64,000 nt of DNA, from assembly GCA_964291295.2 (NCBI GenBank), contig OZ219754.1, positions 3,200,001 to 3,264,000 on the forward strand, given 5' to 3'. The notes below the pieces were generated by a model, which worked only from the letters and a program-made list of their open reading frames with translations, was not told the DNA's origin and made no database searches. The stretch comes from an uncultured Candidatus Binatia bacterium (GTDB lineage Bacteria > Desulfobacterota > Binatia > UBA9968 > JAJDTQ01). Made by a program: the position numbers and the translations under genes. Positions 28,168-37,944 of the stretch are shown piece by piece (the first letter of the stretch is position 1; each line of letters begins with the position of its first letter).

Positions 28168-30212
28168 CGTCCGAACTCCTGCTCTTCGGGATCGGCCAGA
28201 AATCGGGCGAGCAGCAATCCATCGACGCCCACCCGCGAGACGCGGAGGCTGCCGCTGCCGGCGGCCGCCGTGGAGGCGCCACCGTCGAGCCGGGGAGCGT
28301 CGGCTCCCGGGGAGGGCGATGCGGTGCCGTCGCGGGCGTTCGCGGCAACGCCCTGCGGATTGCCCGCGGGCGAAAGGAGGTTCCAGACGCCGGCCGTCAA
28401 CTGTTCGGTGCTTTCGGCTCTTGCCGCCGCGCCGTCGTCCATGCGCGTTTCCAGGCTGTGGGCAATCTCCGTACGCAGGAACGCGTGAAGGTCAATGTCC
28501 CCCGGAACATCGCCCCAGCTCCCGGGCCGCCACTGCTCCCAGCCGCAGAGCCGGGCGAACAGATCCCGTATCCGGTAAACCAGCGCCGACGAGAGTCCGG
28601 GCTGGGCTGCATCCGGAGCGACTTCGAGTTGCCGTGACAGCGCTTCGATGAGGCCGACGGCGCAGGCTTCGCCCTCCGGACCGCGGCGGGTCCAGGTGCT
28701 CACCCACTCACAGTACGGACCGCCGGGCTTCAACACGGCCGCCGCCAGCGAATCCCGGCCGTTGCCGTCCTTGGCAACGTCGTCAAGCAGACGGTGCGCC
28801 TCGCCGAGCACATGATTGAGCGGCAATCGAACGTGGGCGAAGACCACTGCGGCGGACAGGGTCGCGGCTGCGCCGGTGTCCCTGCCCGTGCCCGCAAAGG
28901 CCCGCCGGTAGGCGTCCGACAGCGCCGTCGCGCAGGCCAGCGCCGTCCTTGTCGGGAGCATGGCGAGCACATCGTCGCCGCCGGCATAGACGGCCACGCC
29001 ATCGTGGTCGCGGACGATCTCGGGTGTCTTTCTGGTGAATTCGGCCAACGCCTCGCTCACGAACTCGCCCTTGAGATCGGAGACCAGCCTGCCCAGGCGA
29101 TCGCCGTCGGCCAGGAGCAGCGCGTAGAAGAACGGCGGTGACCCCAGCCGGCGTCCCTGCTCATCGGTGGCTTCGTAAATGAGCCGGAGCCGCTTCGCCA
29201 ACTCCCCGCGCACTCCGGATGACGTTTCGGACGTTTGGCCGGGGAGAGGACACCGCAATTCGTCCATCACGAATTCGCTGTGCAGATAATTCGCGTCGAG
29301 CTTCCGGAAATTGCCGTCCGGCTCATGCGAATCAGACCGTGGCCGCCGCATGGGGAAGGCTTCGCTTCCCGCACTCCGCATGACCGCATCCGCGTAATCC
29401 GCCGCCTGCCGTGGCACGGCAGTCTTGACGCGGCACATCCACGGCACGGCACCCACATACACCGTCGACGGCCAGCGCGAGGCATCCACCTCCCAGCCCA
29501 GAGCCTCGGCAGCAACCTTGGGAAACATCCGCTTCACGAACGCGATGGCACCGAGGCGCTCGTTGTCGCGCAGGTCCAGCGGCCCGAGCCTGTTCCGGAT
29601 CCGATCCCAGAATGCATCCTGCTCCATCCGGTCCTGCGCCCGGACGAACCCCGAGAGTTCCTGCAGGGTGTGCATCACCGTGCACTTGTCACCGGGCTCC
29701 TCGGGCGGATGATGGCTGCGCCAGTGCTTGCGACGGGCAAGCAGGCCACCGGCGGCATCGGCATCGCCGGCGGTCCACATGATTTCCCAGAACGAATCGG
29801 TCTGCCGCTTCCAGATATCCCCGGTGCCATTGCCGATGGGACATGCCGGCTCCACGAAACTGCTCCATACGGCATGGCACACCTGCTCCCACGCGGTCCG
29901 CAGCGATCGGATTCCGGCCCGGGCGACCTCGGAACCGTTTCCCTCCACTTCGACGACGCAATGATTCGGAAGCGAACCGATCCGGGGCGGCTCACCGTCA
30001 CGGCAGCCGGTGACCCACTGGTAGAGCCGGTCCTGTTCCACGGCCTCCGCAGCCGGTACGACGAGCCGTCCACCCGCTTCGACGGCGCCGCGCATGGCAT
30101 GTGCGGACAGAAACGCCAAGAGGCAGGAACTGCCCCAGAGATCGCGCGTGCGGCGCGACTGGGAGACGAAACCCTGGACGGGGCCGATGGAGATATCCAC
30201 GCGAGTGGTCAC
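28164..30212 (-). CDS. cmr2: Type III-B Cas10/Cmr2 lacking the HD domain
   Basis: Begins at IGPVQGFVSQSRRTRDLWGSS; YALLLADGDRLG; VYAGGDDVLA; AKDGNGRD. Confidence 0.96.
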   Translation of the reverse strand: MTTRVDISIGPVQGFVSQSRRTRDLWGSSCLLAFLSAHAMRGAVEAGGRLVVPAAEAVEQDRLYQWVTGCRDGEPPRIGSLPNHCVVEVEGNGSEVARAGIRSLRTAWEQVCHAVWSSFVEPACPIGNGTGDIWKRQTDSFWEIMWTAGDADAAGGLLARRKHWRSHHPPEEPGDKCTVMHTLQELSGFVRAQDRMEQDAFWDRIRNRLGPLDLRDNERLGAIAFVKRMFPKVAAEALGWEVDASRWPSTVYVGAVPWMCRVKTAVPRQAADYADAVMRSAGSEAFPMRRPRSDSHEPDGNFRKLDANYLHSEFVMDELRCPLPGQTSETSSGVRGELAKRLRLIYEATDEQGRRLGSPPFFYALLLADGDRLGRLVSDLKGEFVSEALAEFTRKTPEIVRDHDGVAVYAGGDDVLAMLPTRTALACATALSDAYRRAFAGTGRDTGAAATLSAAVVFAHVRLPLNHVLGEAHRLLDDVAKDGNGRDSLAAAVLKPGGPYCEWVSTWTRRGPEGEACAVGLIEALSRQLEVAPDAAQPGLSSALVYRIRDLFARLCGWEQWRPGSWGDVPGDIDLHAFLRTEIAHSLETRMDDGAAARAESTEQLTAGVWNLLSPAGNPQGVAANARDGTASPSPGADAPRLDGGASTAAAGSGSLRVSRVGVDGLLLARFLADPEEQEFGR

Positions 30213-31435
30213 CGCGAGACCTCCACGACAGTGCCGAACGGCTCCTTGCGTTTGCCCCGATCAAGAAGCCGGTCCAGGAAACGGTGAATCGGCCGATAGA
30301 GTTCCGTCTCGGGTGTCTGAGGAACCGGGTGTCCACCGACCGAGATGTCCGACCGGCCCTTCGGCAGAAAACGGGCGGGCAGAAACGACAGCACCGCGAC
30401 CGGGGTGTCGCCGCATTCGTGGATATGAATGAATAGCGGACTCGCGCGCCGGTCGAGTTCCTGATCTTGCGGACCGACCTGCGCGTCTCGCCCTTTCCCG
30501 TAGTTGTGAGGAAGTCCGAACACGATTCGCCGGGGATGTTGGTCCCGTTCGTGAGGCTTCCTCTTCATCAGGTCGTGATCGTCCTGGAACTCCTTCTCCG
30601 AGTCGGAGCCGAAAACTTTTCCCCCACGTCCCCAACTCCGATATCGCATGAACTCGCGCCCCACGCGATCCAGCAGTTCCATGGGTCGAGTTTCTTTATT
30701 GTCGCTCGGGACGAGAACATGCCGCGACTGCCCGGACAGCGCGGTGTACTCCGGCAGACCGGCCGCACTGTGATTGCGCAGGAGGTCCGCGAGGGCGTCG
30801 TGCAAATCAGGCAAGGTCTGCGGAGGACTCCATTGCGACTCCCCATCCACACGCAGCGACCGGATGACAAGCGAACCGTAGCCCTTTCGACTCTTGGCGC
30901 CCAGGCCTCCCTGGGTTCCGAGACATGCAAGGGCATCGATCAGCGAGCGCCGGTGTTCGTCCCCGTCCGGCCCATCCTCCCGAATCCGCATACGGACGGT
31001 GAACTCGAACGGCGCCCGAAGGCAGGCGCGGGCAAGTTCACCAGCCCTGGTGCCCTTGTTCCTGCTTTCAAACGCTTCCATGACCCCGTAGCCGAGATAA
31101 CGTGCACCCTCGCCGACCACCGGCCCTGGCCTTGCATCGGCCCGGGATGCGGTAAGTACCTCACCCTTCTTGACGACACTTGGGGGAACGAAATCCGGGG
31201 AAAGACGCATGGACACCCGGGACTGCCTGCCACTCGCGCTGCCAAACAGATTGTCCTCATGTTCCCGGACTCTCCGAAGGTCTCCACCGAACCGTGACCA
31301 TGCCAGCGCTCGCCACCAGAAGCGCAGCACTCCCTTGAAGCTCGCCAAGCGGAGCTCAGCATGTCGCTCGGGGTCGGCGCCGCCGCAGAACATCGGGGTG
31401 ACGACGCGGCAGGTGGCTTCAATCTCGGTCGTCAT
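30209..31435 (-). CDS. cmr1: Type III-B RAMP Cmr1
   Basis: VVTPMFCGGA, ELRLASFKGVLRFWWRAL, GGLGAKSRKGYGS, FGLPH, RRASPL. Confidence 0.95.
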   Translation of the reverse strand: MTTEIEATCRVVTPMFCGGADPERHAELRLASFKGVLRFWWRALAWSRFGGDLRRVREHEDNLFGSASGRQSRVSMRLSPDFVPPSVVKKGEVLTASRADARPGPVVGEGARYLGYGVMEAFESRNKGTRAGELARACLRAPFEFTVRMRIREDGPDGDEHRRSLIDALACLGTQGGLGAKSRKGYGSLVIRSLRVDGESQWSPPQTLPDLHDALADLLRNHSAAGLPEYTALSGQSRHVLVPSDNKETRPMELLDRVGREFMRYRSWGRGGKVFGSDSEKEFQDDHDLMKRKPHERDQHPRRIVFGLPHNYGKGRDAQVGPQDQELDRRASPLFIHIHECGDTPVAVLSFLPARFLPKGRSDISVGGHPVPQTPETELYRPIHRFLDRLLDRGKRKEPFGTVVEVSR

Positions 31436-33251
31436 CGCTGCCCTCAAGGGAATCGAGCCAGAACGGCTCACCTGACTGGTATGGATCGACCTCCTGTTGC
31501 TGTGTCGGTCGACGGTCGATCAGACCGAAGCGGTAAACCGGGCAGGCCAGGGAACGCGCCTTGCCAGCCAGCTTTTCGGCGCCGAGACCCATGAGTGTCG
31601 TCCCGCCCGTGACGTTCACGAACACTTCGGCGGGACCGATGAAATGCTCGCGAGCCGCCTTGGCGATCCGCTTGATTTCGGCGACGCCGCCGGCAAAGGC
31701 GTCGTCCAGGACCAGCGGTTTGCAATTGCCCGTGAATCCGGCGCGCCCGAGTGACTCCGCAATCATTCCCCTGGTCTCATGCGAACAGATGACCAAGCAC
31801 AGCGCCGGCTCGCCACGCTGCTCCCGCACGGCCTGCACCGCGCTGAACAGCACGCCGGGGCGCCGGCCGATGGGACTGACCAGCACGCGGCGGCCGAAAG
31901 ACTCGCCCATGGACAGGGAAATGGCGGGGGATGAGCGAAATGTGTATTTCCAGCTTTCCAGTACGCGCTTGCGCGTGGCTTCGACCTTCTTGCCTTGAAC
32001 AAGATCGTCACTCCGCATGCCGTGATGCGCGTACGCATTGCGGACCTCCGCCAGATCGTTCCAGAACTTTCCCAGTTCCCGCTGCTCCTCTTTCAGGCGG
32101 CCGTGCAACTCGCCGTCGAGAGCCAGCGCCCTGATCGCAAAAAGAGCCCCCTCCGCCCGCTTCCGCACACAGCGGTTCAGCCATTCGTCCTCGTCAGGAG
32201 TCTGTTGGCAGACGGCCCACGAGACGAGCCACTCACGCATCAGACGAAGCGCGGTTGCAAGGTTCCCACGCTCAAGCAGGCCGTCGACGATTTGGGACTG
32301 ACGATGCAGTTCATCGCGGTCCAGTCGAACTTGTCGTTTCCATCCGGCACCGGTTACCGCCTTGTTCAAAGCGAACGGTTCCAGGATCTCCGAAAGTCGC
32401 TCAAGCAGCTTTCCTGAGAGCGGTAGACGATGCTCCTTGTCGAGAAGTTTGTGTAACGGTCTGCGCCGCTGCTCAACGACGTCAAGAACGTTTCGGGCCT
32501 GCCATCCGGCCTCCAGAGGCAAGGCGGAGAGATACGCTTCGGAAATTCGTTCCAGATCCCGGGCAATGCGCCTGGCCGGCTGGCCGCCCCGACCGTCACC
32601 GAGGTTCCTTGCCATGGGCAAGGTGCTGCCGGTTTCTTCCAGGACCTCCAGCGCATGGACCCAGCGTGGCAGTTCCAGGAGCGGCCGCAGGTCGAGGAAG
32701 GGACACGGGCCGGTGGGACTCAGCATGCCGTAGTAGGCGCCATGGACCGTCACTCCACGGAGAGCAACCAGATAGAGAACCGCGACATAGGTGAGAAACG
32801 AGAAGTGCCGGAACCCATGCGTCACATCCACAGTGAGTTCGAGTTCGACATCCGGATACATCGAATCGATCCCGCCGATGACCTCTTCCAGAAAGACGTT
32901 GACGTGTTCCTGCTTATCACCGGCCGGAACCCGAAGTGCCTCGACCGGAATCCGATTGCCCAACTCGCTCTCAAGCAGCGGCAGGCTGTCCTGTTCGGCT
33001 TCGGGAGTACAGAGCGCCAGCACCCGGCCCGGGCGATCGTTCTCCGGCAACAACTTGAGCAATGCCAAGGCCGCCAGCGGCGCCTCCACCTCCCGCCCTT
33101 CAAGGGCGTATCGGACCGCCTTCGGTTTCGTTCCGAGCACGGTGAGCAGCAAGTGCTGCCGGCGGGACACCCGGTGCGCCGAGTCGGCCGGGAGGGGCTT
33201 TGGCTCGGATACCTTGATGCCATCAACCGATCGGGCATCCCGATGGTTCAC
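31419..33251 (-). CDS. csx1: Csx1/TM1812-family (DxTHG) CARF-HEPN effector with an extra C-terminal CARF-like domain
   Basis: LTVLGT, VDVTHGFRH, HEPN RNAYAH, C-terminal VLVSPIGRRPGVL...VNVTGGT. Confidence 0.88.
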   Translation of the reverse strand: MNHRDARSVDGIKVSEPKPLPADSAHRVSRRQHLLLTVLGTKPKAVRYALEGREVEAPLAALALLKLLPENDRPGRVLALCTPEAEQDSLPLLESELGNRIPVEALRVPAGDKQEHVNVFLEEVIGGIDSMYPDVELELTVDVTHGFRHFSFLTYVAVLYLVALRGVTVHGAYYGMLSPTGPCPFLDLRPLLELPRWVHALEVLEETGSTLPMARNLGDGRGGQPARRIARDLERISEAYLSALPLEAGWQARNVLDVVEQRRRPLHKLLDKEHRLPLSGKLLERLSEILEPFALNKAVTGAGWKRQVRLDRDELHRQSQIVDGLLERGNLATALRLMREWLVSWAVCQQTPDEDEWLNRCVRKRAEGALFAIRALALDGELHGRLKEEQRELGKFWNDLAEVRNAYAHHGMRSDDLVQGKKVEATRKRVLESWKYTFRSSPAISLSMGESFGRRVLVSPIGRRPGVLFSAVQAVREQRGEPALCLVICSHETRGMIAESLGRAGFTGNCKPLVLDDAFAGGVAEIKRIAKAAREHFIGPAEVFVNVTGGTTLMGLGAEKLAGKARSLACPVYRFGLIDRRPTQQQEVDPYQSGEPFWLDSLEGSDDDRD

Positions 33252-33272
33252 TTCGTCACCGCTCCCATTTCG

Positions 33273-33307
33273 CTACGTCCCGGAAAACCCTACGTCCCGG
33301 AAAAACC
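33273..33307. repeat. 17-bp tandem duplication upstream of csx1
   Basis: CTACGTCCCGGAAAA(A)CC x2. Confidence 0.75.
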
Positions 33308-33559
33308 ACGATGCCATGCTGAAAATGCCATACCCTGACGGTGCCATACCCGCGCTGACCGCCCACCCGGGCCGGGCGATCCTGTCTCTGCCGAGTCGGT
33401 GCATGGAAAATGTGACGCATGCCAACCACGAACGACTGACAGTACCATGAACGGCCTGATGCTTCAAAAAGGCCGCGGCGCGGGGCTGATGGACAGCGTG
33501 AATGGCTGACGGAAACCGCGAAGATCGGGAACCTGCCGGTAACGCCGGAATACCCTTGC

Positions 33560-33740
33560 ACCCGGGCGACCGCTTCTTCCAGTCCATCCGCTCGAACACG
33601 GCGGCGCGGCCGGACGAGACCGGCCGACGCGAAGGAGCGAAGATGCGCAGGAGAGGCCACCGCTCGCGCCGCCCCGCGGCCGGGCCTCGTGGATGATCCG
33701 CCCCATCATCGCCCGCGCCATGACACCTGCCACCGCCAGG
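33560..33740 (-). pseudogene. Possible frameshifted GNAT C-terminal remnant
   Basis: MARAMMGRIIHEAR..RG and RAAVFERMDWK in different frames; weak. Confidence 0.25.
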
Positions 33741-33769
33741 ACGACAGCCTCGGAACGGCAACCGGAGGT

Positions 33770-34222
33770 TCAGGAGCGGTGGCGTTTCGGCGGCTGCGGA
33801 TTGTTGGCGGGATTGGTGTCATGCTTCGTCACGCTCGCCACCGCCCCGTTCCCGACCAGCGGTTTCAGTTCAGCCTCCAGTGCATCGGCCCTGGCCCCGG
33901 AGTAGACCTCGGCGCCGTCCACGCAGAGAGTGAAGGACTTGATGTACTTCGCCTTCTTGGCCGGGTCTTCGATAGTTGCCCTGGTCCAGGCGTAGAGCGG
34001 GTACTGGTCAGCGCCCTGTTGCTCGGCCTCGGCGCAGTAGTCCGCGAAAGCGTCGTACTGGCATTTCAGGACGGCGCCGTGCCTCGCGAGAATGTCCCTG
34101 AGCGGCTCAAGGGACGGGTGGCGGTCGCCCGTGCGCGCGGCTTCCGCGACGTCATCGGCCAGATTGACGCGCAACTGGTACTGCCACGGGCCGGTGGCTG
34201 TCCCTCCGGTCTTCGTCACCAT
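33770..34222 (-). CDS. Conserved-looking hypothetical protein
   Basis: GGAG RBS, normal codon bias; YDAFADYCAEAE, YPLYAWT, DTNPANNPQPP. Confidence 0.8.
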   Translation of the reverse strand: MVTKTGGTATGPWQYQLRVNLADDVAEAARTGDRHPSLEPLRDILARHGAVLKCQYDAFADYCAEAEQQGADQYPLYAWTRATIEDPAKKAKYIKSFTLCVDGAEVYSGARADALEAELKPLVGNGAVASVTKHDTNPANNPQPPKRHRS

Positions 34223-34333
34223 GACTGTTACTCCGGGTGGTATCCATTCTCCAGATGTTCCCCCCAGGCTCGCGGGCCATCCGGCAGGGTGCGGCCCGCC
34301 CCACGCCAGCGGGACGCCGCCACGATATCGTCC

Positions 34334-35509
34334 TCACCGCCGGTCCAGCGTCTCCCTGGCGACGAACGCCAGCCCGGCGGCGGCTCCCAGAAGGACCGGC
34401 GCGTAGACGAGGAACGTCCGGCCGGCACTGACGAGGTCCACGAGCCAACCGCCCAGCAGCGGACCCGTCACCGCGCCGCACTCGCCCACGGTGCGGCGCA
34501 GCCCCTGAAGGCGTCCCCGGGCCTCCGCCGGGACCACGTCGTATGTGGACACCGCCAAGGCACCCAGGGACATCCCTTGGGCAAGGCCGATGATCACCAT
34601 GAGGACCGTGAGTTGCGGCAGGGTCGCGGCGAACGGAAAGGCCAGGAACGAGATGCCCGGAAGCGCCGTGCTCGGGACGCTGGCGTACTTGCGCCCGACC
34701 CGGTCGGTGATGAAGCCGGCGGGCAGGATCATGAGCAGGACGAAAACCCCGGACACGCCGAAAAGGCCTCCCACATGTACCGCGGAAAAGCCCAACTCCA
34801 CGCCGGCGTACAGCGGCAGCATGCCTTGCAGGGCGGTACGGTACATCTGCATGCTGAAGGTCGCCGCCACCAGCGCCACGAACGTGGCACGGAGGTGCGG
34901 GACGACATCCGACACCCTGCCCCACCAGGCGAGCCTGCCGGCATGACCCCGCACCGTGTCTTTCCGGGCCAGCACCGCGGTCATCCACACGGCCAGGGCC
35001 ACGGCCGCACAGACCGCGAACACCATCCGGAAACCCACCCGGTGGGCAATGATCCCGCCCGCCACCGGACCGATGGCCGTGCCCGCCGACTTGACCCCCA
35101 TGAAGCCGCTCAACAGGCGTCCTCGCTGGTGCTGCGGTACCATCTCGACCCCGGACACCTCGCGCCCCATGGTCCAGACGCTGTCGCCGACCCCGGCCAC
35201 GAACTGTCCGAGAAGCAACAGAAAAAAGGAGGGCGTGACCGCGGTCGTGAAAGCGCCCGCCAGCAACAGGGCGCTGCCCGCCAGCATCGCGGTCCTGGCG
35301 CCGTATCGGTCGACGAGCAGGCCGGCGGGGATCAGAACCACGGTGCGGCCCAGCGCGTGAGCGGTCACCACCTGCACGGCGAGCCCGGCGGACACTCCGA
35401 AAGAGGCCGCCAGCAAGGGAATGGTCGGAAACACCATGCCCTGCCCCAGACTCACGAGCAGGACCGTGCCGTACAGAAGTGCGAGGCTGCCGGCCCGTGC
35501 ACCCGTCAT
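34334..35509 (-). CDS. MFS transporter
   Basis: About 12 hydrophobic helices; GLLVDRYGAR and GFITDRVGRK (motif A). Confidence 0.92.
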   Translation of the reverse strand: MTGARAGSLALLYGTVLLVSLGQGMVFPTIPLLAASFGVSAGLAVQVVTAHALGRTVVLIPAGLLVDRYGARTAMLAGSALLLAGAFTTAVTPSFFLLLLGQFVAGVGDSVWTMGREVSGVEMVPQHQRGRLLSGFMGVKSAGTAIGPVAGGIIAHRVGFRMVFAVCAAVALAVWMTAVLARKDTVRGHAGRLAWWGRVSDVVPHLRATFVALVAATFSMQMYRTALQGMLPLYAGVELGFSAVHVGGLFGVSGVFVLLMILPAGFITDRVGRKYASVPSTALPGISFLAFPFAATLPQLTVLMVIIGLAQGMSLGALAVSTYDVVPAEARGRLQGLRRTVGECGAVTGPLLGGWLVDLVSAGRTFLVYAPVLLGAAAGLAFVARETLDRR

Positions 35510-35536
35510 CGGCAAAGGTCCGGAAGCCGGAACGGG

Positions 35537-36133
35537 TCAGGGCCTGGAGCCGCCGTAGAGGGAGAGTCCGGAGCCCTTTTCGTGGCACACCGCGTCCCTG
35601 AACCCGGCGCTGCGGAACCAGCCCAGCTGGTCGTCCACCGTTGCCGAGCCGCGGTCGAGATTGAAGAACCGGCCGCCGGACCGCACGCGCCCGAAGATCT
35701 CGCGGTAGATGGACTGGATGATCTCACCGGCGCGAACGTTGTGGATGGCGTTGCACGAAACCACGAGGTCGAACTCGCCGCCGGCCACCTGGCTCCAGTC
35801 CTTCCTGCTGAAGTCCGAGATCACATACTCGAACCGCCCTTCGAGATCCTTCATGCGTTGGCCGCCGAGCCGGGCCATGGCGGCCGAGCCGTCGTGGCAA
35901 ACCGCCGTCGCCCGCGGGAACGATTCCAACAGGAACCTGCTGAGCGCCCCATAGCCGCAACCCACATCCATGAACCGGAAGGCAACGCCGCCGTCGAACG
36001 GCAACAGGCTCGCCAGCAGTGAGAACTGCCGGGCGCGCAGTGTCTCGTTGCGCCGCTGGCGTTGCGCCCAGTCCTCGACATATTCCTCGGAGTTCCAGTC
36101 ATGCTGCCGCAACGGGTCGGTGATCTGTGCCAT
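35537..36133 (-). CDS. Class I SAM-dependent methyltransferase
   Basis: MDVGCGYG, DGSAAM, FDLVVSCNAIHN; GAGGAGG RBS. Confidence 0.9.
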   Translation of the reverse strand: MAQITDPLRQHDWNSEEYVEDWAQRQRRNETLRARQFSLLASLLPFDGGVAFRFMDVGCGYGALSRFLLESFPRATAVCHDGSAAMARLGGQRMKDLEGRFEYVISDFSRKDWSQVAGGEFDLVVSCNAIHNVRAGEIIQSIYREIFGRVRSGGRFFNLDRGSATVDDQLGWFRSAGFRDAVCHEKGSGLSLYGGSRP

Positions 36134-36648
36134 TTGTGCTTTTCCGCCTCCTCTGGAGTGGCCCGCCCCTCTGACGACAGAACGCGGACCCTTGGGACTT
36201 AGACGAAACAGGCGCGGATGTCCAGATCGACAGCCAACCGCCGCAAGCCTGCGGAGACAGTCCCCGAACCTGCGCGCGGCTTCCGGGCAACATGAGACGC
36301 ACGAGACAGCAGGGCAATGCACGAAGTGTCGTTCATCCGCAGCGTTCTTCACTTGGCTCCCGCTGCGGGCGGCAGCGCGGACTCGCACGTTCGCGCCGCT
36401 CGTCAACCGGCACGGGAATGGCGCGATCATGGACCACCACAAAACGGGGAACCAAGCGCGGCGATATCCTGGGATTGAGTGGGAGCGTCGACATCGCCCA
36501 CGGACGGATCATACGGATACCATGAAGGTCCGCGCACAACGCTACAAACATCCACCGCACCGTCGCATCCACCCTATCGCTCGCATGACGTGCCCAATAC
36601 CTGGACGGAGGCCGCTCGGGAAGATCCGGCGACAACAACCGCTCCGGC

Positions 36649-37731
36649 TCATGGAGACGAAACCTCGTCGGCCCCCGACTTCTCCTTCCAGGCTTTACTG
36701 ACGGCAACGGCAAGATCGTGAAGCGTGCTCCCATGATCTGTCCATTCCTGATCGCCCAGAAGACAGTACCATTCTTCTGGTACCTTGCCCGTTGGCGGAA
36801 CGTTGGGCGGCGTCCGAGTCTCAAATGGAACTGTTTGCCGTGCTTCTGTGAATTTATCGAAACACAAGTGTACAGAGAATGGAGAAAATGTGAGACGCAA
36901 CCGTTGAACACCTTGCTCCAATATGACAGAACTCGAAGCAGACGAGTTGGAACCATCTATGTTAATAGCAGGCATGTGAAACGTAATTCCTGACTGCTTT
37001 ACTTTTTCGCGTCTGGCGACAACGCTCAGCTTCTCCACTACTTCATTCCAGAGGCGGCCGATCCCAAGCTTCTCGGCCTGCCCCTCATGCCGGCGGCGAA
37101 GCTCCACGGCACTCGGTTGCTTTGACGCGGCACCCACACCGCGGGCCTCGCTTTCCTCAGCATGTCTGGCGAGAAGCGTCCTATTACCGTACTGGTAACC
37201 ATGAAATGAGAAGAGAGAGATATCGACTCCGTTGCTCGATAGAAACCGGACCATGCGCTGCGCTGCGGTATCAAAACCGAAACCGACAAGCACCATTTTC
37301 ACGGGCCTCAACTCGGTCATATCCCTGTAAGGGTAACGCTCCCCATACCACTCTTCAAAATCTGCGATTTCAGCGATTCCATTGCTTCCAGAACACTTGG
37401 AGATACGTTCTGCAAGTTCATCTGCTTCAAGTGACTCCAGACAAGAGCCGTAGTCAATGGCTTGCGCGACAGCCTCACGAGTCAGTTTCCCGCGCTTCAG
37501 TTCGAATAGTATGAGTTGCCCACTCTCGTCCACTCCGAGCAGATCGAGACAACAACCGCTCTCCGTCGGTGTTTGACGACCCACCAGCGTCAAGCCTGGC
37601 ATGAGCATGTCCGGATTCTCAACCAGCAGATCCTCCAGAGAGATCTCCGTTTCCATTCCATGGATCGGCGGTACGGGGGCGACGCCTTTGGAGTCGTTGT
37701 CCACCGCCCAAATCTTGATCTCGTCTGTCAT
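36649..37731 (-). CDS. NucS/DUF91-like PD-(D/E)XK endonuclease domain protein
   Basis: LEDLLVENP, LVGRQ, LDLLGVD, LFELKRG, AVAQAIDY; visibly lower GC; GGAGG RBS. Confidence 0.85.
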   Translation of the reverse strand: MTDEIKIWAVDNDSKGVAPVPPIHGMETEISLEDLLVENPDMLMPGLTLVGRQTPTESGCCLDLLGVDESGQLILFELKRGKLTREAVAQAIDYGSCLESLEADELAERISKCSGSNGIAEIADFEEWYGERYPYRDMTELRPVKMVLVGFGFDTAAQRMVRFLSSNGVDISLFSFHGYQYGNRTLLARHAEESEARGVGAASKQPSAVELRRRHEGQAEKLGIGRLWNEVVEKLSVVARREKVKQSGITFHMPAINIDGSNSSASSSVILEQGVQRLRLTFSPFSVHLCFDKFTEARQTVPFETRTPPNVPPTGKVPEEWYCLLGDQEWTDHGSTLHDLAVAVSKAWKEKSGADEVSSP

Positions 37732-37944
37732 TTCGCCTCCTCGGACTTCCGGTCCGGCGAGCCTGCCGCGCACCATCACGGAATGATACTCGTTCCCGAT
37801 TCGCGGTCCGCCAGGCATGGGGCCCGCGGCTGCGCTGCGACCCCGGGAAGGCCTGTACAACCCCGAGTTCGCCGGGGCTGAATCCGTACGATCCACGGGT
37901 TGCGAGTGGCTCCATGTCGCGCCATCGCCTTGTTCGAACCTTCC

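Noticed and set aside
35537-36133. Methyltransferase as evidence of SAM-AMP type III signalling
   Set aside because: No CorA, NrN or SAM lyase present; the effector is CARF-type; the gene looks like an ordinary class I methyltransferase.
36333-36956. 207-aa minus-strand ORF
   Set aside because: Overlaps the NucS-like gene out of frame, with no motifs and atypical composition.
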